A DNA stretch of 64,000 nucleotides from an uncultured virus (IMG/VR IMGVR_UViG_2690315780_000001). Its lineage: Duplodnaviria > Heunggongvirae > Uroviricota > Caudoviricetes. How positions within the stretch are numbered: the first letter of the stretch is position 1; each line of letters starts with the position of its first letter. The stretch is from positions 1 through 64,000 of IMG/VR virus record IMGVR_UViG_2690315780_000001, one strand, 5' to 3'. Positions 8,775 through 18,428 of this stretch are shown piece after piece. Below the pieces are notes generated by a model that saw nothing but the letters and a program-made list of their open reading frames with translations, did not search any database and was not told the DNA's origin. A program made the position numbers and the translations under genes.

Positions 8775-11700
8775 TTAGACTCCTAATGTTCTGCGTGCTG
8801 CGCCATTACTTTGAAAGTCTTGTAACATCATCGCCTGAGCTTTCTGTGCACCAGCTTCTGTCCCTTGTTGTGCGGCTTCCTTCATTGCCTGCGCAAGTAC
8901 AGCGTCACCATTTCCCGTCACCGTAATATGATTAACGACCGTCATTTGTACACCGCCTGCACGGGCTAACGTCGGTTGCGGTGTAACGGGTATTTGCCCT
9001 GCGACCGCTCCCACAAAGCCCCCCGAAGCATAACCTTGCGCCGCATACATTAAGCGATAGAGATTGCCGACACCCAATTTAGCCGTCGCTTCTTTGGTAA
9101 AAACAAACTCGCCACCATGCACAATCCCTTTAGGCTCAAATTTCCCGCCATGCCCCGTATAACCACCGTAAGCATGCCCTTTGCTCATCCATCCCATATC
9201 AAATCCCATTGCCTGCCCACCCGCTTCAATGGCTTTGAAAACCAGCATTTTCATTACCATTCGAGTGATATCGGAAATCACCGCATTGGCAAAATCTTTA
9301 AAGCTTCCTTTGCCCGTTAAAGCAAAATCGGCTAATGCATCAGACATATTATTAAGGGCATTGGTAGTGACATTTCTGACGTTCTCCATCGCATTCATGG
9401 CCGACTCACTGAAATCCGATAAGCCTTGTTTTAATCCCGCCATCGGATCGCCTTTCATGGTCTCTCGCTTCCTCAGCTCTTCCTCAATCTGCTGTTTAGT
9501 GAGTTCGACATTGCGTTGTAAGTTCACCAGCTCTTTCTCACCTAAATCCACACTGGCTTGCTGATACAGCACATCAATCTGACGAAGGGCATTGAGTTTT
9601 TCTTGCTCTGCGCGTGTCTTTCCTATCAAGGTGGTTTCAAATTGCATCTGCTCAATTTCTTTACCGCGATCATAAGCAAATTGCGCAATCGAGTTGGCAC
9701 GAGCTAAATCATCAATGGCTTTCGCTTTTTCTTTTATCGTCTCAATCGCTTTGGGATCGATTTTTAAGATGGCATCAAACTTATCTTTGTTCTGTTTGAT
9801 ATCAGCTAAGGCGGATGTGTACTCATTAAAGGAAGAGGTAGTGCCATACAGCTGAATACTTTGTCCATCTGCAATCAGTGAGGCTTGTTTTTCCTCTAAT
9901 TCCGTTAAGATTTTGGTGTACTGTTTGGCATAATCAATGGTTGATTTGTGACTGGGCTTATACGTCCGTTTGGCTTGCAGTGCCAGTTGTGCCTCAATTT
10001 CAGCTTGTAAGGCCTTATCGTAGCCTTGCATATCTGGCGTAATTTTGCGTGAAGCCAATACATCTTCTGCATTTAATTTCGCTAATGCCTTCCCTGTGGC
10101 TTGCGCTTTTGCCACTGAACGTTGCGATTTTTCAATCGATTCATCAATCTGTTTAGCAATCGCCGTGGCGGCATTCACTTGGCTATTTGTCGCCTGAAGC
10201 GTGATATCAATGAGTGATTCATATTCAATGCCTAAACTCTTTAAACTCGCCTTAAGTGAATTAATAGCGACATCAACATTTTGTAACTCAGTGGCATAAC
10301 GTCTATATTCAGGAGCTTGGTCACCTACTTTTTCTTTGAGTGTCGCCAACATATTTTGCATATTGGCTCGCTGACGCTCTAAGTTATTAACTTGCTCTGC
10401 ATATATCCCCATCGCAGCATCAAGCTCTTTTTGCTTTTCAGCCACTCGTTTAAGGTATAAATCCCCCACACCTTGTTCAGTAAACGCCTTTTCACTCTCA
10501 ACGCTGTATTTTGATAGACCTTGTAAGGAAATAACCTGTTGTTTAAGTTCCTCGATTTTCTCCAATTGCGCGTTAATGCCCGATGAAACTTTGCTTAAAT
10601 TCGCCACTAGCGTGGCATTGCTCATTTTGTTTAACGCTTCTGTTGATGTATCAAGAGAATTGGCAAATTCAATCGATTCGAGTTTGGCTTGTTTGACATT
10701 TTCGCTGTATTCATACAATCCCATGCCCAATGCCGCAACACCCGTCAACACTAATCCAATAGGGCCACCCGCTAATCCCATAACACTGTTAAATGCTCGC
10801 CCCGCCACCGTTGATTGACGCCGAGCGGTCGTTAATGCACGTTGAGCAACATTTTCGGCGGTTAATGCCTGTGTATAATTTAGCGAGGCTGTTCTTGCGA
10901 GTGATTTTGTGGCGATAAGGTTATCGAGTGCGATTTTTTCCGCGTTAGTGCCTCTAGCAACTTGATATTCCATTTTGGCTCTATTGAGCGCCGATGTAGC
11001 GGCTTCTTTATCCGCCCATGCCTTCCTCATGGCACTGGTTGCTGTCACACTGTTTGCCTCTGCACTCTGTAATGTGGCTTTCGCCTCATTCAATGTTGCC
11101 TGATTTTTCAGATAAGTGGCTTTCGTCCATTGAGAGAGTTTTGCTACCAATGCCGTGACGGCGATCCCTTCAACCACTTTAGCCACTAACGATAGATTAT
11201 CGGCAAGAGTGGCCATCCCTGTGGTTAAAAGCTGAGTCGCACCTGTACCTTGATTCGCTTCACCGATAAATTTGGTCATCGCCGATTGAAGATTAGTGAA
11301 ACCTTGGCTAACCGTTGTCACACTGGTGGCGAATTTTTTATCCACACTGTCGGCTGCACGTTCTAAGGCTTGAATGACTTTCTCAATCGTCATTTCACCG
11401 TCTTGGGCTTTCTTCCTTAGTTCGCCCACACTGACACCCATTCCGTCAGCGATGGCTTTCGCTAACGCAGGGGTTTGCTCCATCACTGAATTCAGCTCTT
11501 CGCCACGTAACTGACCCGAGGCTAATGCTTGACCAAATTGAGTTAATGCCGCTTGGGCTGCGGTTGCACTTGCCCCCGAAATCGCCACGGCTTTTGAGAC
11601 GGTTTCCGTGAGTTCAGCCACTTTTTGCTGACTTAATCCTAAGCGATCGGCATTATCCGCAAAACGTTGATAAACCTGCGCTGTGGCATCCAATGATTGA

Positions 11701-12050
11701 TAGGTTTTTTGGGCAATATCATAGACGGCTTGTGTGGCTTTATTTAACTCAACGGAGCTTTCTGTCACCAGTTTTAAACGGTTCTGTAATTCCGTCCAAC
11801 TATCGGCATAATTAATGACTTGATGAATGGATAATGCACTTGCGGTGACACTCGCAAAACGGGCAAAAAGCGCCGAAGATTTTGCGGTTTGCGATACCAT
11901 TCGCTCTTGTTGTACGGTGATAGCTTGAAGGCTGACGCGAATACTTTGCCCAAATTGTTCTGTTTGGCGCTGGCTACGGTTGATCGCATTTGTGAAATTT
12001 GCCGTATTCAGCGTCAAATCAATATTTAATCTACCTAATGCTCCCGCCAT
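8775..12050 (-). CDS. Tail tape measure protein
   Basis: About 1090 aa, Ala/Gln-rich helical; QFGQALASGQLRGEELNSV; C-terminal GGYTGHGGKFEPKGIVHGGEFV. Confidence 0.95.
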   Translation of the reverse strand: MAGALGRLNIDLTLNTANFTNAINRSQRQTEQFGQSIRVSLQAITVQQERMVSQTAKSSALFARFASVTASALSIHQVINYADSWTELQNRLKLVTESSVELNKATQAVYDIAQKTYQSLDATAQVYQRFADNADRLGLSQQKVAELTETVSKAVAISGASATAAQAALTQFGQALASGQLRGEELNSVMEQTPALAKAIADGMGVSVGELRKKAQDGEMTIEKVIQALERAADSVDKKFATSVTTVSQGFTNLQSAMTKFIGEANQGTGATQLLTTGMATLADNLSLVAKVVEGIAVTALVAKLSQWTKATYLKNQATLNEAKATLQSAEANSVTATSAMRKAWADKEAATSALNRAKMEYQVARGTNAEKIALDNLIATKSLARTASLNYTQALTAENVAQRALTTARRQSTVAGRAFNSVMGLAGGPIGLVLTGVAALGMGLYEYSENVKQAKLESIEFANSLDTSTEALNKMSNATLVANLSKVSSGINAQLEKIEELKQQVISLQGLSKYSVESEKAFTEQGVGDLYLKRVAEKQKELDAAMGIYAEQVNNLERQRANMQNMLATLKEKVGDQAPEYRRYATELQNVDVAINSLKASLKSLGIEYESLIDITLQATNSQVNAATAIAKQIDESIEKSQRSVAKAQATGKALAKLNAEDVLASRKITPDMQGYDKALQAEIEAQLALQAKRTYKPSHKSTIDYAKQYTKILTELEEKQASLIADGQSIQLYGTTSSFNEYTSALADIKQNKDKFDAILKIDPKAIETIKEKAKAIDDLARANSIAQFAYDRGKEIEQMQFETTLIGKTRAEQEKLNALRQIDVLYQQASVDLGEKELVNLQRNVELTKQQIEEELRKRETMKGDPMAGLKQGLSDFSESAMNAMENVRNVTTNALNNMSDALADFALTGKGSFKDFANAVISDITRMVMKMLVFKAIEAGGQAMGFDMGWMSKGHAYGGYTGHGGKFEPKGIVHGGEFVFTKEATAKLGVGNLYRLMYAAQGYASGGFVGAVAGQIPVTPQPTLARAGGVQMTVVNHITVTGNGDAVLAQAMKEAAQQGTEAGAQKAQAMMLQDFQSNGAARRTLGV

Positions 12051-12176
12051 AAATTCAATCCTTGGTATGAACACTACAAAAGCAAACTTTCACCCTGAAT
12101 AAATGCAATATTCCTTGTTATTTGCTATTGATTTAATTATTGATAAACTGAAATTTCGAATAATAGAGGGGGTTTT

Positions 12177-12368
12177 ATGAGACTTATTCTGGCGTTATTA
12201 CTACCTTGGTTACAATTTTTCACGATTGGTCGCCCATTTGCTGGCATCTTCTGCCTTATCCTCCAAATCACCTTAATCGGATGGATCCCTGCGGCTATCT
12301 GGTCTGTTTACGCGCTTTCTCAATACAATACGGATAAAAAAATTGAGAAAATGTCTCGCGGTGGTTAA
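12177..12368 (+). CDS. YqaE/Pmp3-family small membrane protein (moron)
   Basis: LALLLPW...LILQITLIGWIPAAIWSVY; opposite strand, AT-rich upstream region, hairpin at 12375-12392. Confidence 0.75.
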   Translation: MRLILALLLPWLQFFTIGRPFAGIFCLILQITLIGWIPAAIWSVYALSQYNTDKKIEKMSRGG

Positions 12369-12392
12369 CGATTAAGCCCCACTGATGTGGGG

Positions 12393-12695
12393 CTATCGAT
12401 TAGCTAATACACTCTCAGTGACATTATCCCACAGCTCTTCTTCCGTGATTTTCTTCTTCCACATCGGCATAAAATCCATCAATTCAGGCGGAGACGTTTT
12501 CGGATCACGATTTATCATCGCGAGAAGATGTGCCACTTGTGCCATCCGATAATCCTCTCGCCATAAACCAAAGGGTTGTTTGCGATAAAAGGCTTCATAT
12601 TCACACAAGTGGCTTTCAGGCATTTGCTCTATTTCCGCGAGCGTTTTTCCCAGTGCCAGCGACAATATCAATTGAAATTGTCGCCGTTCTCCAAG
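12393..12695 (-). CDS. Tail assembly chaperone, T part of G-T (reached by -1 frameshift)
   Basis: The -1 frame is open from the slippery site: LGERRQFQLILSLALGKTL... Confidence 0.8.
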   Translation of the reverse strand, partial: LGERRQFQLILSLALGKTLAEIEQMPESHLCEYEAFYRKQPFGLWREDYRMAQVAHLLAMINRDPKTSPPELMDFMPMWKKKITEEELWDNVTESVLANR

Positions 12696-13084
12696 TTTTT
12701 TTCGCTGTTCCCCGCTTCGGCCGTAAACACCGCATTAGAGAACCCTTGTCCTAAACGATTAAGCCCTTTTAAGTCTTCTTCATTTTCGGCATCAAAAAGC
12801 AATTCCCCTTTTTCATCACATAACTTAAAGGCCAACATTCTGGCGACATCATATTCATCGTAGACACGATTTATCGCCTCATTAAATTGTTCGGGATCGT
12901 CTTCGTCTAAGTAAATGTCCTGCGCCTCAGCGAGCTTGATTTTAATTTGGCGAAGTTTGCGCTGAATGTAATTCATGGTGCCAACATCCAGCTCTTTGAC
13001 ATAAAAGGTGTTGTCTAAATAGGTAAAAGGCGTCACTTTCAGTGCTTGGTTTAACACTAATTCACGCAATAACGCGTTAGACAT
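12668..13084 (-). CDS. Tail assembly chaperone G
   Basis: Between major tail and tape measure genes; ends GAA AAA AAC TTG. Confidence 0.85.
   Translation of the reverse strand: MSNALLRELVLNQALKVTPFTYLDNTFYVKELDVGTMNYIQRKLRQIKIKLAEAQDIYLDEDDPEQFNEAINRVYDEYDVARMLAFKLCDEKGELLFDAENEEDLKGLNRLGQGFSNAVFTAEAGNSEKNLENGDNFN
12695..12701 (-). promoter_or_regulatory. -1 ribosomal frameshift heptamer A-AAA-AAC
   Basis: X-XXY-YYZ pattern in frame near the end of G; joins G to the T ORF. Confidence 0.8.
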
Positions 13085-13148
13085 AATTACTCCTAAGATT
13101 TTTTTTCGAAAAGGGAGAAGAGAAATAATGAAAGAGGTGAGTTAAGGG

Positions 13149-13820
13149 TTATTTCTTCGTATTCAAATAATCACGGCCAGACAATTTAATCGAGATCCCC
13201 GAATCCATCATTTGCCCTACACTGCCATCAATGTTCATGCCTGTTTCGACGGAGCCGTAATAAAACATGGAGCCTTCATCTCGTGTTAAGACCATTTTCA
13301 CTGCGAATTTTTCTTTGCTGTTTTCATATTTACGCAAGAGTCGCTGCACATCACTGGAGCTATACCGTAAGAAAAAGGTCAATTTAATTGAGCCGTATTC
13401 CGTATCGCCGGATTCATATTCCTTGCCATCACTGCAAATGGTAGTGACATCAATTTGTTCGGTTGTCGAACCGTCTTTGCTGAAACTTTTTACCGCACAA
13501 AAGTTATTAGACCACTGAATACGTTGCGCCTTAGCCTCTGCAAAATCCGTGGGTAGTGTTTTATCGCTCCAATCCACTTCGTCACACAGGGTCACTTTGT
13601 CGCCATCAACTTGTGCAACAGGAAAACGCCCATCTAACTCCCCGAGTCCCGATAACATAATCATGTCATCCGCTTTCAGCTTATTATTGGCAATGGTAAT
13701 AGTTGCCGGTGATAACGTCGCTTCCGTCACGGTCATCGCCTCTCCTAAGCCGGTTTGCACAAAGATCTTCGTGCCGAGGAAAGGCGTCGCTTTATGGTTT
13801 TTTGACTTTGCCATATCCAT
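13149..13820 (-). CDS. Major tail (tube) protein
   Basis: EQIDVTTICSDGKEY motif, HK97 gp12-like. Confidence 0.85.
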   Translation of the reverse strand: MDMAKSKNHKATPFLGTKIFVQTGLGEAMTVTEATLSPATITIANNKLKADDMIMLSGLGELDGRFPVAQVDGDKVTLCDEVDWSDKTLPTDFAEAKAQRIQWSNNFCAVKSFSKDGSTTEQIDVTTICSDGKEYESGDTEYGSIKLTFFLRYSSSDVQRLLRKYENSKEKFAVKMVLTRDEGSMFYYGSVETGMNIDGSVGQMMDSGISIKLSGRDYLNTKK

Positions 13821-13823
13821 TCC

Positions 13824-14165
13824 TTATTTATCTGATGAAATCATTAATTCAAGAACAAGCCGATGCAATTTGACATCCGCTTCATACCCAAAGACCGCAT
13901 TCACCCGTTGTGCAAATGGGATCGCTTCAACAATCTGAGCCTCAATTTTTTTACGCAAGACCATAAGGGGTTGTGGCTGCGGCGCATACACATCAAGTTG
14001 CACGCGATAGTTATCTAAATCCGCATCCTCCAGCGCACTGTTAGGTGTGATACTGGCAAATTGGATCACAATGGCGGGATAACGCCCTTTGCCTTCGGGT
14101 AATACCTGAAAAAAAACCCTTCCATCGACAAGCGGTGAAAGGGTCTCTTTTAATTGCTGTATCAT
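13824..14165 (-). CDS. Tail terminator (DUF3168-like)
   Basis: RVQLDVYA motif; position. Confidence 0.8.
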   Translation of the reverse strand: MIQQLKETLSPLVDGRVFFQVLPEGKGRYPAIVIQFASITPNSALEDADLDNYRVQLDVYAPQPQPLMVLRKKIEAQIVEAIPFAQRVNAVFGYEADVKLHRLVLELMISSDK

Positions 14166-14170
14166 GATCT

Positions 14171-14644
14171 CTACCTTGTTTTTTCAATATCCTCTTTGAG
14201 TGTTTGAACAATCACTTTAGCCGTCGCTTCCTTTTTCGCCTCAAAGCTGAGGCGCATAAACGGTTGTGCGGGCATCTTGGCGGTACCAAACTCGACAAAC
14301 CACCAATAAAACGGATCATTTGGGTTCAATGCCGCACTTTTTCCCGTTGCCTGTTTAAAGGCAGACACTTTTTTACCCGATAATGATTTCACCCAAATAC
14401 GCGTTTTGACTTGTCCATTGCGCTGCACTTTCGTTTTAGAACGAATATTGCGCTTGATGGTGCCTTTACGTCGATGCGGTACCGTTTCCTTAAGGATAGG
14501 CACTCGATGTTTGATTTCCTGCTTTAACGCCAAAGCCCCTGCATTCATTGCCTTACGCGCACTTTGATTTCTGGTTTTACGGGCAATGTCTTGCATTCGT
14601 TGAGCAAGTTCAGACAATCCACTGATTTTAATTTCACCCATCAT
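14171..14644 (-). CDS. HK97 gp10-family neck protein
   Basis: FYWWFVEFGTAKMPAQPFMR. Confidence 0.9.
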   Translation of the reverse strand: MMGEIKISGLSELAQRMQDIARKTRNQSARKAMNAGALALKQEIKHRVPILKETVPHRRKGTIKRNIRSKTKVQRNGQVKTRIWVKSLSGKKVSAFKQATGKSAALNPNDPFYWWFVEFGTAKMPAQPFMRLSFEAKKEATAKVIVQTLKEDIEKTR

Positions 14645-14963
14645 TCACGCCCTCTTTGCACATCAATTGAAGCTCACGATGGCGCTCATAAGGGTCAATA
14701 ATCGAAATAATATTAAATATTCGCTTACCCCATACAATACGCATCGAAGTATCAATATCAGCGATATAGCGAATAAGAATTCGCGTTGTGGCCTCACTTT
14801 GTACTTGCTGGGCTTGAAAATATTCCCGTCCTTGATAAGGCATGATCGCTGCACGTACTTTTGTCGCATGATCCGTCCAAATCACATCACTGCCACTGAT
14901 GGCATCAGGCGCTAATACTGATTTTTGAATATTAATGGTGTGGCGTAATCGTCCCGGATCCAT
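14634..14963 (-). CDS. Head closure protein
   Basis: GRLRHTINIQ; GREYF; RILIRY. Confidence 0.85.
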   Translation of the reverse strand: MDPGRLRHTINIQKSVLAPDAISGSDVIWTDHATKVRAAIMPYQGREYFQAQQVQSEATTRILIRYIADIDTSMRIVWGKRIFNIISIIDPYERHRELQLMCKEGVNDG

Positions 14964-15262
14964 TAACTACCTCGCCAATTTCGACAAAGCAGTAACAATC
15001 GTTCTACTGCTTTATTTTCATATAACGGAATTTCACTTTGGCTGGTTCGATGTTCAAACATGTCTCCCAGCACTAAGAGCATTGCCGATTTCACTTCATA
15101 AGGGATATCATCGGGTGATTTCCATGTGGGTTCATCACACCATCTCAAACAATAATTTAATGCGCTTTGTGCATAAAATAGAATCTGCTCATCACGATCA
15201 TCACCGCTGTATTCGAGATGCTGTTTTAATAAAGAAAGAGGAATGACATCTAAGATATTCAT
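14963..15262 (-). CDS. Head-tail connector (HK97 gp6-like)
   Basis: LKQHLE; VKSAMLLVLGDMFEHR. Confidence 0.85.
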   Translation of the reverse strand: MNILDVIPLSLLKQHLEYSGDDRDEQILFYAQSALNYCLRWCDEPTWKSPDDIPYEVKSAMLLVLGDMFEHRTSQSEIPLYENKAVERLLLLCRNWRGS

Positions 15263-15300
15263 GATGTAATACGGGATAGTTACCTACCCCGACCTATTAC

Positions 15301-16467
15301 TTAAGCACTTCTTCCAGACGTTGGGAAAGTCCCTTTAATTAAGGCTTGAGGACGATAATGGGCTAATGCTAAACGTTCTTCACACAAAATGGTCAGCATA
15401 TTCTTCACAAAGTTATCACGATCTTCTCGACTCACTTCGATAACCGCATTCATTCGATCCCATACTTGAGACGCCAAATCAAATGCACCAACAGTAAACT
15501 CACCTTGTTTTTGTGCTTTTGTGGGAACAACAGGTAATCCCCACATTACATTTGAAGTAAACGCTTGTGGGCCACCAAAAATATAACGCCCTTCTTTATC
15601 TTTCATTAATGCAATGGCATGCCAATCACGAGGATTTAAAATAATACCTGAGGCGCTAAATTCAGATTCTGTCACCTGATAAATGGCATGAGCAATCAAG
15701 TCAGCATGCGTGTCACCTGTAGCACTTAACGTGGTATCATAGGCCGTGGCAACATGGTTAATTCCCGTCAAATTATCCGCAGTACCGTCACCATTGAGTA
15801 ATTGCTCCTCTTCCACTAATGCTAAGCCATACAATAAGCGGTTATTAACGTAAGACTGTAACTGCACAGCATCATCCATCACTTGGCGAGACGCTTGGAT
15901 CCAATGAGCAATAGTGATCACATTTGCCGTTTGTTTTTCAAACGTCAGATTAGATTCTGGTTTTTGAGCCTTTTCTTTCACGGGTGTCGCGCTATTGGTA
16001 AATAATTTCTCACGTACATATTCCAGTGAGTTACTGGAAATACGGCCTTGTGCTAATAAATCGCGGATAACTAAACGACGCATACCCGGCATAATAATAC
16101 CCGGTACTTGCATCGGCTGAATTAGAACACCGGCTGAACTCGCATCACTGCCTAATGATTTATTAAAGGTTTTCACTTCATAAGAAGCCTGACTCCCATT
16201 CCATGATTTTGTCAGCGCTTCTGCTGCTCGCTCAGAAAAATCTTTTTTCACATTAGGATCATCAGCGCTCGTTGCCCCTTTCTGCTCTAAATCAAACAGA
16301 CGTTCACCGGCTTTTTTTAATTCCTCTTGAACTAAGACTAAATCTGTTTGTAATTGCTTTGAAACTGCGCCAGTAGCTTCAATTTCTTTCTTCTGTGCAT
16401 CGAAGAGCTCTTGCACCTTTTTTTGTGATCCTTCGATGGCTTCTTGGATAATAGCTAAGTCAGACAT
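15301..16467 (-). CDS. HK97-family major capsid protein
   Basis: Delta domain followed by KSLGSD; TIAHWIQASRQVMDD; FVKNMLTILCEERLAL. Confidence 0.97.
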   Translation of the reverse strand: MSDLAIIQEAIEGSQKKVQELFDAQKKEIEATGAVSKQLQTDLVLVQEELKKAGERLFDLEQKGATSADDPNVKKDFSERAAEALTKSWNGSQASYEVKTFNKSLGSDASSAGVLIQPMQVPGIIMPGMRRLVIRDLLAQGRISSNSLEYVREKLFTNSATPVKEKAQKPESNLTFEKQTANVITIAHWIQASRQVMDDAVQLQSYVNNRLLYGLALVEEEQLLNGDGTADNLTGINHVATAYDTTLSATGDTHADLIAHAIYQVTESEFSASGIILNPRDWHAIALMKDKEGRYIFGGPQAFTSNVMWGLPVVPTKAQKQGEFTVGAFDLASQVWDRMNAVIEVSREDRDNFVKNMLTILCEERLALAHYRPQALIKGTFPTSGRSA

Positions 16468-16470
16468 ATT

Positions 16471-17139
16471 CTATCCTTTCAGATTAAATGCATTAATTTG
16501 GTTAACAATGGATGCGACTAGGGATTGTTGAGTGTCATCGGACTCACTCCGAATAGCGGATTTGAAGCGGGAAATAAAACCAACTGCTTCTGATTTTGAT
16601 AAACCGGCTGACTCTCTCAGCCAATCCTCAATATCTCGGATCGTTAATAACCCATCGATACTTTTTAGCGATGAAACCTGTGCTTGGTCATTAGCGGGAA
16701 ATGTACAAATACTGATTTCACGTAACAGGGAGATATTTTTAAAAATACGGCCTGAAGGTGTCCTCTCAAAATCATTACGTAGACAACCGAATCCGATAGA
16801 AAGCCCGTCAACCGTGCCATGCTTCATTGCCGCTTTTAGATCTTGAGCCGCACTATGACCGGGTGTCAGTTGTCCTCTCACTCGTAATCCTTTTTGATCT
16901 TCCTCCATGTACTCCCATTTCCCCACAGGAAGTTCCCAGACTCGATGGTTATAAAACATAGCGACTTTTTGTTTTTGCTTATCTAAAACATGCTTAAACG
17001 CACCGGGTAAAATAATGTCACCGTCGAGATCTTGATGACTAAATACGGAGGCATAACCTTCGAAAACGCCTTGTGTGCCATCTCCCGTAAATTTGATTTC
17101 CGCGTCATCAAAATTCAGTGTTTTTTTAATATCAGGCAT
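16471..17139 (-). CDS. HK97-family prohead protease
   Basis: FEGYASVF, FYNH, GLSIGF, REISICTFPAN. Confidence 0.95.
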   Translation of the reverse strand: MPDIKKTLNFDDAEIKFTGDGTQGVFEGYASVFSHQDLDGDIILPGAFKHVLDKQKQKVAMFYNHRVWELPVGKWEYMEEDQKGLRVRGQLTPGHSAAQDLKAAMKHGTVDGLSIGFGCLRNDFERTPSGRIFKNISLLREISICTFPANDQAQVSSLKSIDGLLTIRDIEDWLRESAGLSKSEAVGFISRFKSAIRSESDDTQQSLVASIVNQINAFNLKG

Positions 17140-17156
17140 TGAACCCCCATAAATAA

Positions 17157-18428
17157 TTAAGCCCCACTTTCGTGAGGCTCTTTATTGAGTTGGTTAATCG
17201 GTAAATATTGTGCTTGCCGGTAAGCGACATCTCCACCTTCAAGAGGAGGATAATTATCGAGCCGTCGCATTTCATTAATAGTTCTTAGCCCCGATTCTCC
17301 CATCGCTTTCATAAACGCGGCGCGTGAAGTAGAATCGCCTCGCAATAATCCATCAAGGTTATGTTCAGCATGGTATTTTCCCACTTCGGGGGGTTTTAGA
17401 AGCCAACGCGCAATGCAGTTTTCCCATCGGGAGATATAGGGTTGTAAGGTATATTGAAGAAAACCTAAGTTTTGTTGCTCAATACCTGTTCCCCAACTTG
17501 TTGATTTTTCAACATCGCCGACTAAATGCGGGGGAACACCAAAGAAACGGGCTAATTCACTGACTTGAAATTTGCGGGAAGACATTGTTTCTGCATCTTG
17601 AGGACTAACACCAATATCTTGTGCTTGAAATCCCCCTTCTAAGATCCACAATCGTTTTTTAACGGGGCCACCCGCAATTTCTTTGAAATTCTCTTCAAGT
17701 TGGCTACGTTGCTCTTTATTCAATACCTTATCGCCCGTTGTCAGAATCTTAGGAGACTTAGCCCCATTAGCGTAAAACTCACGTTGTTGATCTTCCATCG
17801 CAACGGCCGTGCTTGCTGTCTTACACGCATAAGCAATAGGCGACAATCCAACTAATCCATTAAAACCAAACCCTTTTAAATGAAAAATTTCGTGTTGTTT
17901 AAATTTGGCAAATTCATGATCACGCTGATATTTATAGATAATATTCTTCCCCTCCATGCGTACATCCATATTGGCAGACAGCAGAGGGAGCAAGCTGATC
18001 ACATCACCGACTTTATTTCGCTCAATCAACGCGAAAGCATTACCATAAAAGCAAAGCTGCATAGTCATTGCCTCTCGAAATTCTTGAGCGGTCATGTACT
18101 GATTGGGCGAATACCGCAGTAATCGAGCCAATGGGTGACTTAAATCAACTTTGGTTCTATTTCCCTGTTTATCCGTTTCGAACACATCCAGTGGCAAACA
18201 AGCCGTTAACGTCGAAATTAAGCTAACACAACGCCAAACCGTTGATATTTGGAGTATTCGCTCATCATTTACAGAAGAATCACCAAGCGAGCCTTGCGCT
18301 GAGATAACGCCTGATTGTGAACCTTGCTCAGGTGTCACGAGTCTTCCCCCGACAAAGAAAGAAGCCAGACGCGCAAACCAACCATGATTAGTGCGCAAAT
18401 CGATTGAATATTGTTTATCTGTCATCAC
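17157..18428 (-). CDS. HK97-family portal protein
   Basis: LARFFGVPPHLVG; GIEQQNLGF; RTINEMRR. Confidence 0.95.
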   Translation of the reverse strand: MMTDKQYSIDLRTNHGWFARLASFFVGGRLVTPEQGSQSGVISAQGSLGDSSVNDERILQISTVWRCVSLISTLTACLPLDVFETDKQGNRTKVDLSHPLARLLRYSPNQYMTAQEFREAMTMQLCFYGNAFALIERNKVGDVISLLPLLSANMDVRMEGKNIIYKYQRDHEFAKFKQHEIFHLKGFGFNGLVGLSPIAYACKTASTAVAMEDQQREFYANGAKSPKILTTGDKVLNKEQRSQLEENFKEIAGGPVKKRLWILEGGFQAQDIGVSPQDAETMSSRKFQVSELARFFGVPPHLVGDVEKSTSWGTGIEQQNLGFLQYTLQPYISRWENCIARWLLKPPEVGKYHAEHNLDGLLRGDSTSRAAFMKAMGESGLRTINEMRRLDNYPPLEGGDVAYRQAQYLPINQLNKEPHESGA

